Positions 26,180 to 35,300 of a DNA stretch of 64,000 nucleotides are shown one piece after another. The position numbers and the translations under genes are program-made. Under the pieces are notes generated by a model. It did no database searches. It was not told where the DNA came from and saw only the letters and a program-made list of their open reading frames with translations. Every line of letters begins with the position of its first letter. Position 1 is the stretch's first letter. This DNA is from Propionibacteriales bacterium. Lineage in GTDB: Bacteria; Actinomycetota; Actinomycetes; Propionibacteriales; Nocardioidaceae. The stretch spans positions 232,194 to 296,193 of the forward strand of contig JAPLCA010000008.1 in NCBI GenBank assembly GCA_026392465.1. The letters are read 5' to 3'.

Positions 26180-26232
26180 GGTCGGTTCGTGCGCCGGGGG
26201 CCGACAGCCGCGGCCTCGTTAGGGTGGTGGGC

Positions 26233-27264
26233 ATGGCAGACCGCCCCCCGAGGCCACCGGCGCTCACCCTGACCTGCATCTTCGTCGGGGTCGGGTGCGG
26301 GCTGCTGCTCGTGAACCTCGTGTCGGCGCTCTCCTCGTGGGGCTCGATCGAGCTGCAGGACGCCGTCCGCGACGCGCTCGCGCAGGAGCCGGTCAAGGAG
26401 CTGGGCCTCGGCATGGACCAGGCGCTCGACTACCTGCGCTACGCCGTCTACGTCGGCATCGTGCTCACCGCCTCCGGGGCCGTGTTCGCGGTCTACGCGG
26501 CCCGCGGGCACCGGACGTCGCGGGTCATGCTGACGATCCTCTGCGGCATCGCCTTCGTGGTGCTCGCCACGCTGGGCCTGCCCGGGCTGCTCCCGGCCGC
26601 GTTCGCGGGACTGTGCGGCTGGTCGCTGTGGACCCCTGAGGCGCGACGCTGGTTCGACCAGGTCGACGGTCGGCCCGCGGCCGACGTCCCGGCGCCGCCC
26701 CCGGCGGGCACCGACCCGTTCGCGTCCCGCTCGGCCGCCCCCGGCGGTCGCCCGCTGGACCAGGCGTCGGGCGAGACCGTCATGACCACCACCCCCACCC
26801 ACCCCTCGGCGCAGCCAGCGCCGGTCGTCCCCGCCGCCCGGCCGCGGTCGGTCACGGTGGCCGTCGTGACCACGTTCGTGTCGTGCGGCGTCGTGGCGCT
26901 GCTCGGCCTGCTGCTCCTGCTCGTCACGACGGTCGGGGCCGACGCCTACCGCACGGCGCTCACCGAGCCCGGCCTCGCCCGGGACCTGGTCCGCTCGTCC
27001 GGCATCAGCGCCGACGAGATGATCGAGCTGCTGCGGGTGTCCGCGATCGTCTGGCTCGTCGCGTGCCTCGCCGGCGTCATCGCGGCCCTCGCCGTCGTCC
27101 GTCGGGCGCCTGCCGGCGGGACCGCGCTGGTCGTCGTCGCGGCCGTCACCATCGCCCTCTCCGTCTTCTTCCTCCCGCTGGGCGTCGTCACCGGCGCGGC
27201 GGCGGTCGTCGTCATCGTCCAGCTGCGTCGGCCCGAGTCGCGCGCCTGGCTCTCGAGGGAGTGA
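26233..27264 (+). CDS. Hypothetical membrane protein (two TM clusters joined by a Pro/Ala-rich linker)
   Basis: ATG 26233, or GTG 26224 as in the track. There are several hydrophobic segments, and the linker is AADVPAPPPAGTDPFASRSAAPGG. No domain recognised. Confidence 0.5.
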   Translation: MADRPPRPPALTLTCIFVGVGCGLLLVNLVSALSSWGSIELQDAVRDALAQEPVKELGLGMDQALDYLRYAVYVGIVLTASGAVFAVYAARGHRTSRVMLTILCGIAFVVLATLGLPGLLPAAFAGLCGWSLWTPEARRWFDQVDGRPAADVPAPPPAGTDPFASRSAAPGGRPLDQASGETVMTTTPTHPSAQPAPVVPAARPRSVTVAVVTTFVSCGVVALLGLLLLLVTTVGADAYRTALTEPGLARDLVRSSGISADEMIELLRVSAIVWLVACLAGVIAALAVVRRAPAGGTALVVVAAVTIALSVFFLPLGVVTGAAAVVVIVQLRRPESRAWLSRE

Positions 27265-27327
27265 CCCAGGTCACCGACCCCCTCGCCGAGAGGCGGCCGA
27301 ACGTCCGCCGCGAGTAGGGTTGGAGCC

Positions 27328-28701
27328 ATGAGCAACAGCGTCGTTCCCGGCTCCAAGCGCCCCCACGTCGTCGTGGTCGGAGGTGGCTTCGGAGGGGTCT
27401 CCCTCGTCCGCAAGCTCAAGCGTGCCGACGTCGACATCACGCTCATCGACCGGCACACCTACAACACGTTCCAGCCCCTGCTCTACCAGGTCGCGACGGC
27501 CTCGCTGAACCCCGGCGACATCACCTGGTTCCTGCGTGCGGTGCGCGCCGGCCAGAAGAACGTGCGCTTCCTCAAGGGCATCGTCACGAGCATCGACCAC
27601 CAGTCGAAGGTGCTCAGCCTGCACGGCGAGGTGTCCGTCTCCTACGACTACCTTGTGCTCGCGAACGGCGTCACGACCAACTTCTTCGGCACCCCGGGCG
27701 CGGAGGAGTACTCGCTGCCCCTCTACAAGCGCTCGCAGGCGCTGCAGGTGCGCGACCGGCTGTTCGCGAACCTCGAGGAGTTCGCGATCAACGGCCAGGA
27801 CGAGGACCTGCGCATCATCGTGGTCGGCGGTGGCGCGACCGGCGTCGAGACGGCCGGCGCGTTCGCCGAGTTCCGCAACAACGACATGCCGACGACCTAC
27901 CCCGAGCTCGACCGCGCCCGCATCCACGTGACGCTGCTGGAGATGGCGCCGCACGTGCTCGGCCCGTTCGACGAGAAGCTGCGCGAGTACGCCAAGCGCT
28001 CGCTGCTCAAGCGCGACGTCGACCTGCGGCTGAACACGGCCGTCAAGGAGGTCCGCGAGGACGGCGTGCTGGTCGAGGCCGAGGGTCGCACCGAGTTCCT
28101 CAAGGCCGGCATCGTCGTCTGGGCGACGGGCGTCACCGCGCACCCGACCGTCCTCGACTGGGACGTCCCGCAGGGCCGCGGTGGCCGCATCGAGGTCGAC
28201 GAGCACCTGCGCGTGAAGGACCGCCCCGACGTCTTCGCGATCGGCGACATCGCGATCGGTCCCGACCCGCTCCCGCAGCTGGCCCAGCCCGCCATCCAGG
28301 GCGGCAAGCACGTCGCCAAGCTGATCAAGGCCACCACGAAGGGCAAGGCCGACCGGGTCAAGCCGTTCAAGTACTCCGACAAGGGCACGATGGCCACCAT
28401 CGGCAAGTCGTCGGCGGTCGCGGAGATCACCCACGCGCCGAAGCTCACCGGGTTCCCCGCCTGGATCATCTGGGTGGCGCTGCACATCGCGACGCTGCTG
28501 GGCAACCGCAACCGGTTCGCCACGCTCATCAACCTGTCGAGCAAGTACCTCTTCTCGGGCAGCCACAACGCGATCGTGGGCGAGACCCCGTACGTCGTGT
28601 CCAAGCACAAGCTCGAGATCACGCCGCTGGAGAAGCAGAAGGCCGAGCGCCGCGTCCTCGAGCGCAAGGCCGCCGCGCACGAGCACGAGCACCAGGCCTG
28701 A
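27328..28701 (+). CDS. ndh: Type II NADH dehydrogenase (NDH-2)
   Basis: Motifs HVVVVGGGFGGV, NTFQPLLYQVAT, a second dinucleotide motif IIVVGGGATGVE, and AIGDIA. Confidence 0.92.
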   Translation: MSNSVVPGSKRPHVVVVGGGFGGVSLVRKLKRADVDITLIDRHTYNTFQPLLYQVATASLNPGDITWFLRAVRAGQKNVRFLKGIVTSIDHQSKVLSLHGEVSVSYDYLVLANGVTTNFFGTPGAEEYSLPLYKRSQALQVRDRLFANLEEFAINGQDEDLRIIVVGGGATGVETAGAFAEFRNNDMPTTYPELDRARIHVTLLEMAPHVLGPFDEKLREYAKRSLLKRDVDLRLNTAVKEVREDGVLVEAEGRTEFLKAGIVVWATGVTAHPTVLDWDVPQGRGGRIEVDEHLRVKDRPDVFAIGDIAIGPDPLPQLAQPAIQGGKHVAKLIKATTKGKADRVKPFKYSDKGTMATIGKSSAVAEITHAPKLTGFPAWIIWVALHIATLLGNRNRFATLINLSSKYLFSGSHNAIVGETPYVVSKHKLEITPLEKQKAERRVLERKAAAHEHEHQA

Positions 28702-28716
28702 CGTCCGTCGGCCGGC

Positions 28717-29472
28717 TCACAGGTCGGCCAGCACCTCGTGGGCCTCGACGAGCGACGGCCCGTACCAGGTGAGCAGCCGCCCTGACACGAGTCGGGTCGG
28801 CGCGGTCGTGAACGCCTCGGGCCCGTCGTCGGGACCGAACACGTAGGGCTCGTCGGGCAGCAGGACGAGGTCGACGTCGGAGGTGTCGAGGTCCCTCACC
28901 TCCACGTGCGGGTAGCGCTCGTGTGGGTCGGCCGCTGGGCCGGTCGTCACCTCCCACCCGAGTCGGCGCAGCAGGTCGGCCGTGAAGGTGCGTGGCCCGA
29001 CGACCATCCACGGGTCGCGCCAGATCGGCACGGCCACCCGCCCTCGGGGCGTGGGTGCCGGTGCCGACCAGAGCTCCCGGGCGTCCGCGAGCCACGCGGG
29101 CTCGCCCCAGCCGAGCGCCTCGGTGAACAGCCGGCCGAGGGAGGCGAACGCGTCGTCGACGGTCTCGATCCGCGTCACCCACACGGCGACGCCTGCGTCG
29201 CGCAGCCGCTGCACGTCGAGCTCGCGGTTCTCCTCCTGGTTCGCGACCACGAGGTCGGGTCGGGCCGCCTCGACGGCGGCGCGGTCGGGGTTCTTGGTGC
29301 CGCGCACGCGCAGGACGTCGAGGTCGTGCGGGTGCGTGCACCAGTCGGTCGCCCCCACGACGGCGGCCGGTCGTGCGGCGGCCAGTCCCTCGGTGATCGA
29401 GGGGACCAGGCTGACCACGCGTCGCGCCTCGGTGGGCACGGCGACGTCGTGGCCGAGGTCGTCGAGGGTCAC
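28717..29472 (-). CDS. Helical-backbone metal receptor / cobalamin-binding (BtuF/TroA-like) protein, apparently without a signal peptide
   Basis: GTG 29472. Motifs RRVVSLVPSITEGL, TDWCTHP and PDLVVANQEENR are typical of class III periplasmic-binding-fold B12/siderophore binders. I saw no N-terminal hydrophobic signal. Confidence 0.65.
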   Translation of the reverse strand: MTLDDLGHDVAVPTEARRVVSLVPSITEGLAAARPAAVVGATDWCTHPHDLDVLRVRGTKNPDRAAVEAARPDLVVANQEENRELDVQRLRDAGVAVWVTRIETVDDAFASLGRLFTEALGWGEPAWLADARELWSAPAPTPRGRVAVPIWRDPWMVVGPRTFTADLLRRLGWEVTTGPAADPHERYPHVEVRDLDTSDVDLVLLPDEPYVFGPDDGPEAFTTAPTRLVSGRLLTWYGPSLVEAHEVLADL

Positions 29473-29636
29473 GCCTCGTCCGACCGCGCCTCCCGGCGGG
29501 CCTGCGCCCGTTGGCGCGCCTCCGCCATCGCGCTGCGCCGCTCCGCGCCGTCACGGCCCGACGCCGCCGCGATCCCGAGGCCGGCCACGACCAGCACGAC
29601 CACGACGGCCACCATGATGAAACCCCACGCCAGCAC
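29469..29636 (-). CDS. Possible small single-TM protein (~55 aa)
   Basis: GTG about 29636 follows gaggag. TM segment WGFIMVAVVVVLVVAGLGIAAA. The stop forms a GTGA overlap with the downstream BtuF-like start, which suggests translational coupling. It is not resolved separately in the track. Confidence 0.35.
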   Translation of the reverse strand: MLAWGFIMVAVVVVLVVAGLGIAAASGRDGAERRSAMAEARQRAQARREARSDEA

Positions 29637-29698
29637 GGGCACTCCTCTCGTCTGGTTCCTTCGTACCCGACGGGCGCGACCGGCGCCTCCCGAGCGGG

Positions 29699-30199
29699 TC
29701 AGCGTCGGACGCCCAGCCCTCCGCTGAGCGGCAGCTCCCACGCGGGTCGGTCTCCCTCGATCGCTGCGTCGAGCACGGCGGCGACGTCGTCGGGGAACGG
29801 CACGGGCCGACGCGTGGCGAAGTCGACGTGCACGGTGACCGCCTCCATCACGCACGACAGCTCGCGCCGGGTGTGGTTGGTCAGCAACGCGGCGACGTGC
29901 AGCACCTTGTCGCTGCGGTTGACGACCACGACGCCGACCCCGATGCGATCGCCCTCGACCGACTCCCCGAGGTAGCGCAGGTGCTGCTCGGCGGTGAACG
30001 TCGTCAGCCCCCGCCCGGTGATGTAGGTGTCGGACATGCCCAGGTCGCGCTGGTGGCGGGCCCAGATCGCGGAGCCGCCGAACGTGAAGTAGTGCGCGAT
30101 GTTCATGTGCCGGTTCTCGTCGAGGTGCTCCGGGCCGACCACGTGCTCGTGGACGGTGGGCAGGCTCGCGACCTGGTCGTATGAGGGGATCGTCGTCAC
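29699..30199 (-). CDS. Hotdog-fold acyl-CoA thioesterase (4HBT-like)
   Basis: 166 aa. HLDENRHMNIAHYFTFGG and the overall layout fit the 4-hydroxybenzoyl-CoA thioesterase-like family. Confidence 0.7.
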   Translation of the reverse strand: MTTIPSYDQVASLPTVHEHVVGPEHLDENRHMNIAHYFTFGGSAIWARHQRDLGMSDTYITGRGLTTFTAEQHLRYLGESVEGDRIGVGVVVVNRSDKVLHVAALLTNHTRRELSCVMEAVTVHVDFATRRPVPFPDDVAAVLDAAIEGDRPAWELPLSGGLGVRR

Positions 30200-30295
30200 G
30201 GCCCGACGCTACCTGGCACACGTCGAGCCCCGGACGCACCGCACCCCACGGCCGCGGGGACCGTGGGGTGCGAGAGCGGGACCGGTCGGCGCCGG

Positions 30296-30961
30296 TCAGC
30301 GACCGAGACCGGCCTTGTCGACCTTGCGGTGGAAGTGCATCCCGGCGAGACCGCCGAGCGCAGCGCCCACGAGGGCCGTCGCGACCACGCCGACCAGCGC
30401 GACGACGCCCTGCAGGCTGAGGTCGGAGAGGCTGTCCGGGATGCGCGGGAACGCGTTGAGGTCGTCGAACACGTTGTACTGCGAGCCGGCGACGGCGCCG
30501 AGGATCGCGACGACGACGGCGGCGACGACGGCCCAGCCGAAGACCGCCAGGCCCTGGCGGATGCCGTCGAAGCGGGCCATGCGACCGGCGACGTACCCGC
30601 CGCTGTAGTACGACACGAGCACGACGACGAGGAGCAGGATGACGCCCGCCCAGCCGATCTCGTCGGCGGAGATGCCCTGGTTCTGGGCGGAATCCGTGAT
30701 GTCGGAGGTGTCGGACACGAGGCCGACGCCGGCGCCGGCCGCGGCGACGAGCGCCGTGAGCAGCACGGTCATGCCCGTGGCGGTGATCCATCCGAAGAAG
30801 GCACAGACGATCTTGACGCCGCCGAACCGCTCCTTCTCACGGTCGACGACCTCGCGACGGTCGAGCGTCGGCTCGGTGCGGTCGGCGACCGGGTCGCGGT
30901 GGGCGGGGGCTTCGTCGCGGTGGGCCGGGGTGGCCTCGGGGCGGGGGTCGTGGGTCGTCAT
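30296..30961 (-). CDS. Hypothetical membrane protein (4 TM, disordered N-terminus)
   Basis: Track ORF. The hydrophilic N-terminal ~45 aa is followed by four hydrophobic segments (for example VCAFFGWITATGMTVLLTALVAAA). Confidence 0.55.
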   Translation of the reverse strand: MTTHDPRPEATPAHRDEAPAHRDPVADRTEPTLDRREVVDREKERFGGVKIVCAFFGWITATGMTVLLTALVAAAGAGVGLVSDTSDITDSAQNQGISADEIGWAGVILLLVVVLVSYYSGGYVAGRMARFDGIRQGLAVFGWAVVAAVVVAILGAVAGSQYNVFDDLNAFPRIPDSLSDLSLQGVVALVGVVATALVGAALGGLAGMHFHRKVDKAGLGR

Positions 30962-31079
30962 GGCGGGGCTCCTGTCGCTGAGCTCGATCGATCGGCGATC
31001 GGGCCTTGACTTTCACGGTAGGACGTGATCGTGATACCGGCGACTCGAACGAGTCGTCGGCGCCGCCACCGGCCCCCGG

Positions 31080-34000
31080 TCAGACGTTGCGCCGGTACTG
31101 ACCGCCGACCTCGAAGAACGCCTCGGTCACCTGCTGCAGGGTGCACACGCGTGCGGCGTCCATGAGGACCGCGAACACGTTCTCGCCCGATGTCGCCGCG
31201 TGCTTGAGCCGCGCGATCGCCTCCTCGGCACTCGACCGGTGCCCCTGCTGGAAGGCGTGCACCCGGTCGAGCTGCGACTGCTTCTCCGACTCCGTGGCCC
31301 GCGCCAGCTCGACCACGGGCTCCTCGGCCTCGACGTCGGGCCGGCGGAAGGTGTTGACGCCGATGATCGGCAGCGAGCCGTCGTGCTTGCGGTGCTCGTA
31401 CAGCATCGACTCGTCCTGGATCCGGCCCCGCTGGTAGCCGGTCTCCATCGCGCCCAGCACGCCGCCGCGCTCGTTGATCGCGTCGAACTCGGCCAGCACC
31501 GCGGACTCGACGAGGTCGGTCAGCTCGTCGATGACGAACGAGCCCTGGAGCGGGTTCTCGTTCATCGCCAGGCCCCACTCGCGGTTGATGATCAGCTGGA
31601 TGGCCAGGGCCCGCCGGACCGACTCGGTCGTCGGCGTCGTGACGGCCTCGTCGTAGGCGTTGGTGTGCAGGCTGTTCGCGTTGTCGTAGATCGCGATGAG
31701 CGCCTGCAGGGTCGTGCGGATGTCGTTGAAGTCCATCTCCTGCGCGTGGAGGGAGCGACCCGACGTCTGCACGTGGTACTTCAGCTTCTGGCTGCGCTCG
31801 TTCGCGCCGTACTTCTCCTTCATCGCCACCGCCCAGATCCGCCGGGCGACGCGCCCGAGCACCGAGTACTCCGGGTCCATGCCGTTGGAGAAGAAGAACG
31901 ACAGGTTGGGGGCGAAGTCGTCGACGTCCATCCCGCGCGCGAGGTAGGACTCCACGTAGGTGAAGCCGTTGGCGAGGGTGAAGGCGAGCTGGCTGATGGG
32001 GTTCGCCCCGGCCTCGGCGATGTGGTAGCCGGAGATCGAGACGGAGTAGAAGTTCCGCACGCCCTCGTCGATGAAGTACTGCTGGATGTCGCCCATCATG
32101 CGCAGGCTGAACTCGGTGGAGAACAGGCACGTGTTCTGGCCCTGGTCCTCCTTGAGGATGTCGGCCTGCACGGTGCCGCGCACGTTCCTCAGGGCGTGGG
32201 AGCGGAGCTCGGCGTGCTCGGTCTCGTTCGGCTCGCGGCCCTCGCGCTCGCGGAACGCGTCGACCTGCTGGTCGATGACGGTGTTGAGGAAGAACGCGAG
32301 CACCGTCGGCGCGGGCCCGTTGATCGTCATCGAGACCGACGTCGAGGGCGAGACCAGGTCGAAGCCGTCGTACAGCGCCTTCATGTCGTCCAGCGTCGCG
32401 ACGGAGACGCCTGACGTGCCGACCTTGCCGTACACGTCCGGACGCGGGTCGGGGTCGCGTCCGTAGAGGGTCACGGAGTCGAAGGCGGTGGAGAGGCGGG
32501 TGGCGTCGCCGTCGTCGCTGAGCAGCTTGAACCGGCGGTTGGTGCGGAACGGGTCGCCCTCGCCGGCGAACATGCGGGCCGGGTCCTCACCGTCCCGCTT
32601 GAACGGGAAGACGCCCGCCGTGTACGGGAAGAAGCCGGGCAGGTTCTCCCGACGCCAGAAGCGCACCAGGTCGCCGTGCCCGGTGAACCGGGGGAGGGAG
32701 ACGCGCGGGATCTTGCTGCCCGAGAGCGACTCGCGGGTCAGCCGGGTGACGATCTCCCGGTCGCGGACCTTCACGACCTGCTCGTCGCCGGAGTAGGCCT
32801 CGACGACGGCCGGCCAGTCGGCGATCTGGTCGGCGACCTCGTGGGGGACCTGCTTGCGGGCGGAGTCGAGGAGCGTCTCCGCGGCGACGGCGTCGAGGCC
32901 GGCGTCGGCGAGCTCGGCGGCCGTGGTCTCGAGCCGCTGGGCGCGGTCGGCGGCGTCGGCCAGGCGTTCGGTCTCCACGTGGTACCCGCGGACCGTCTCG
33001 GTGATCTCGGAGAGGTAGCGGGCGCGGTCGGCGGGGACCACGGCCTGGATGCCCGTGGAGCACCGCACGGCCACCGGTGCCAGGGTGCCCTCGGCGACCG
33101 GCAGGCCGTGCTCGGCGAGGTGGTCGCGCAGGTGCTGGTAGAGCGCCGTGACACCGTCGTCGTTGAACGTGGCGGCCGACGTGCCGAAGATCGGCATGTC
33201 CTCGGGCTTCTTGCCGAACGCCTCGCGGTTGCGCACCAGCTGGCGGCCGACGTCGCGGTAGGCGTCCTTCGCGCCGCGTCGCTCGAACTTGTTGATCGCG
33301 ACGACGTCGGCGAAGTCGAGCATGTCGATCTTCTCCAGCTGCGACGCGGCGCCGAACTCCGGCGTCATGACGTACATCGCGGTGTCGACGTGCGGGACGA
33401 TCGCGGCGTCGCCCTGCCCGATGCCGGGAGTCTCCACGACCACGAGGTCGAACCCGGCGGCCTTGAGCACGGCGACGACGTCGTCGAGGCAGTCGGGCAG
33501 CTCGTGGGAGCCGCGGGTGGCGAGGGAGCGGAAGTAGACGCGTTCCCCGTCGAGGGAGTTCATGCGGATGCGGTCGCCGAGGAGTGCACCGCCGCCGCGG
33601 CGACGGGTGGGGTCGACCGCGACGACGGCGAGGCGCAGCTTGTCCTGCTGGTCGACGCGGAACCGACGCACGAGCTCGTCGGTGAGCGAGGACTTGCCCG
33701 AGCCACCGGTGCCGGTGATGCCGAGGACCGGGGAGGGGTGGCCGGCGGCCGCCTCGCGGACGCGCTCGAGGTCGGCTCCGGTGAGCCGGCCCGCCTCGGC
33801 GAAGGTGAGGGCGCGGGCCACGGCGGAGCGCTCACCCGCGAGCACGGCCTCGACGTCGAGAGGACCGGCGGAGGTGAGGTCGACGTCGCAGGCCTCGACG
33901 ACGGAGCTGATCATGCCCGCGAGGCCCATGCGCTGGCCGTCCTCGGGGGAGAAGATCGTGACGCCCGACGCGCGCAGCCGGGCGATCTCCTCGGGGACGA

Positions 34001-34307
34001 TGACGCCGCCCCCGCCGCCGACGACCTGCACGTGACCGGCGCCCTGCTCGCGCAGGGACTCGACGAGGTACTCGAAGTACTCGACGTGCCCGCCCTGGTA
34101 GGACGAGACGGCCACGCCCTGGACGTCCTCCTCGATCGCGGCGTCGACGACCTCCTTGACCGAGCGGTTGTGGCCGAGGTGGATGACCTCCGCGCCCTGG
34201 CTCTGGAAGATCCTCCGCATGATGTTGATCGACGCGTCGTGCCCGTCGAAGAGCGCCGACGCGGTGACGAGTCGGACGGGGTGCGTGGGCACGTGCAGCG
34301 CAGTCAT
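31080..34307 (-). CDS. icmF: Fused isobutyryl-CoA mutase IcmF (B12-binding + MeaB-like GTPase + mutase domains)
   Basis: 1075 aa. The N-terminal B12-binding domain carries DGHDASINIM, the G-protein domain carries GTGGSGKSS, and the C-terminal part is a methylmalonyl-CoA-mutase-like TIM barrel. Confidence 0.95.
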   Translation of the reverse strand: MTALHVPTHPVRLVTASALFDGHDASINIMRRIFQSQGAEVIHLGHNRSVKEVVDAAIEEDVQGVAVSSYQGGHVEYFEYLVESLREQGAGHVQVVGGGGGVIVPEEIARLRASGVTIFSPEDGQRMGLAGMISSVVEACDVDLTSAGPLDVEAVLAGERSAVARALTFAEAGRLTGADLERVREAAAGHPSPVLGITGTGGSGKSSLTDELVRRFRVDQQDKLRLAVVAVDPTRRRGGGALLGDRIRMNSLDGERVYFRSLATRGSHELPDCLDDVVAVLKAAGFDLVVVETPGIGQGDAAIVPHVDTAMYVMTPEFGAASQLEKIDMLDFADVVAINKFERRGAKDAYRDVGRQLVRNREAFGKKPEDMPIFGTSAATFNDDGVTALYQHLRDHLAEHGLPVAEGTLAPVAVRCSTGIQAVVPADRARYLSEITETVRGYHVETERLADAADRAQRLETTAAELADAGLDAVAAETLLDSARKQVPHEVADQIADWPAVVEAYSGDEQVVKVRDREIVTRLTRESLSGSKIPRVSLPRFTGHGDLVRFWRRENLPGFFPYTAGVFPFKRDGEDPARMFAGEGDPFRTNRRFKLLSDDGDATRLSTAFDSVTLYGRDPDPRPDVYGKVGTSGVSVATLDDMKALYDGFDLVSPSTSVSMTINGPAPTVLAFFLNTVIDQQVDAFREREGREPNETEHAELRSHALRNVRGTVQADILKEDQGQNTCLFSTEFSLRMMGDIQQYFIDEGVRNFYSVSISGYHIAEAGANPISQLAFTLANGFTYVESYLARGMDVDDFAPNLSFFFSNGMDPEYSVLGRVARRIWAVAMKEKYGANERSQKLKYHVQTSGRSLHAQEMDFNDIRTTLQALIAIYDNANSLHTNAYDEAVTTPTTESVRRALAIQLIINREWGLAMNENPLQGSFVIDELTDLVESAVLAEFDAINERGGVLGAMETGYQRGRIQDESMLYEHRKHDGSLPIIGVNTFRRPDVEAEEPVVELARATESEKQSQLDRVHAFQQGHRSSAEEAIARLKHAATSGENVFAVLMDAARVCTLQQVTEAFFEVGGQYRRNV

Positions 34308-34666
34308 GCGAACTCCTAGGAAGTCAGATGCTCGGACATCCTACTAAATGGTGATGGGGGCCGCCAGGTCTCCGTCAGGCTCCCGCCGGACTCCTTCTGT
34401 CCGGGGAGGCATTCGGTGACGGCGTCGTGCAGCACCTCTGCGCCTTCGCTCCCCAGCGCCACGTGTGACGACCGAGCCTCGCCGATCGCCTCGCCGCGGC
34501 CACGCCCGTCCGCTCCGCTCTCACGGAGTCGCTCGGTCCAGACACTGAGGCTCGTCACGGTCACCCTGCCGTCGTACGCGTGCCCCGAGCCTGGCTGAGG
34601 CGGAGCTGTGGAGGCAACCCTCGTCGACGCCGTCCGCACGGGCGGCGGCCCCCCTATGATCGGGCC

Positions 34667-35167
34667 ATGGCGACCGAACCCCGACTCGCGTTCGACCCGC
34701 TCGAGCGGGCAGGCGAGCTGTGGGAGGAGCGCATCGGTGACGCGACGGCCATGCGGCTCGCGACGTCGATCATGCGGGTGCACCAGCTCGTGATCAGCCG
34801 TCTCGACGCGGCCCTGAAGCCGCACGGGATCACGTTCGCCCGCTTCGAGGTGCTGCGGCTCATCTCCTTCAGCCGAGCGGGCCGGTTGCCGTTGAGCAAG
34901 ATCGGTGAGCGGCTGATGGTGCACCCGACGTCGGTGACGAACGCGATCGACCGTCTCGAGGCGCAGGGCCTGGTGGTCCGCGAGCCGGACCCGAAGGACC
35001 GTCGGCGGACCTTCGCGTCGCTGACCGCAGAGGGCGAACGGGTGGTGGAGGACGCCACCGCGGCGCTCATGGACGTGCAGTTCGGCGTCGCCCAGCTCGA
35101 CCCCGACGACCAGCAGGCCGCGTACGCGCTGCTGCGGGGGCTGCGGCAGGTCGACTTCGGCGCCTGA
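34667..35167 (+). CDS. MarR family transcriptional regulator
   Basis: ATG 34667. Motifs ITFARFEVLRLI, LSKIGERLMVHPTSVTNAIDRLEAQGLV and DPKDRRR. It is divergent from icmF. Confidence 0.85.
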   Translation: MATEPRLAFDPLERAGELWEERIGDATAMRLATSIMRVHQLVISRLDAALKPHGITFARFEVLRLISFSRAGRLPLSKIGERLMVHPTSVTNAIDRLEAQGLVVREPDPKDRRRTFASLTAEGERVVEDATAALMDVQFGVAQLDPDDQQAAYALLRGLRQVDFGA

Positions 35168-35300
35168 CCCCGCTGGCGCTCCGCGCCCGTGTGGTCGGGA
35201 GGATCGACTGGTCCTCCGGCGGAGGGGATCCCGCCTCGGCCGAGCTCTGCCGAGGGTCCGGGCGTCGGTGACGTGGACCCGTGGTGCAGTGCGCTCGACC

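Larger units (their letters stand above)
24966..26185. mobile_element. Candidate cassette: Vsr/DUF559-like ORF bracketed by inverted ~90-nt family-B composite repeats
   Basis: The left repeat (24966-25056) aligns with the reverse complement of the right repeat (26091-26185) over about 90 nt, including an identical 21-mer acggatctctctgcgttctgg. I did not identify a target-site duplication. Confidence 0.4.
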
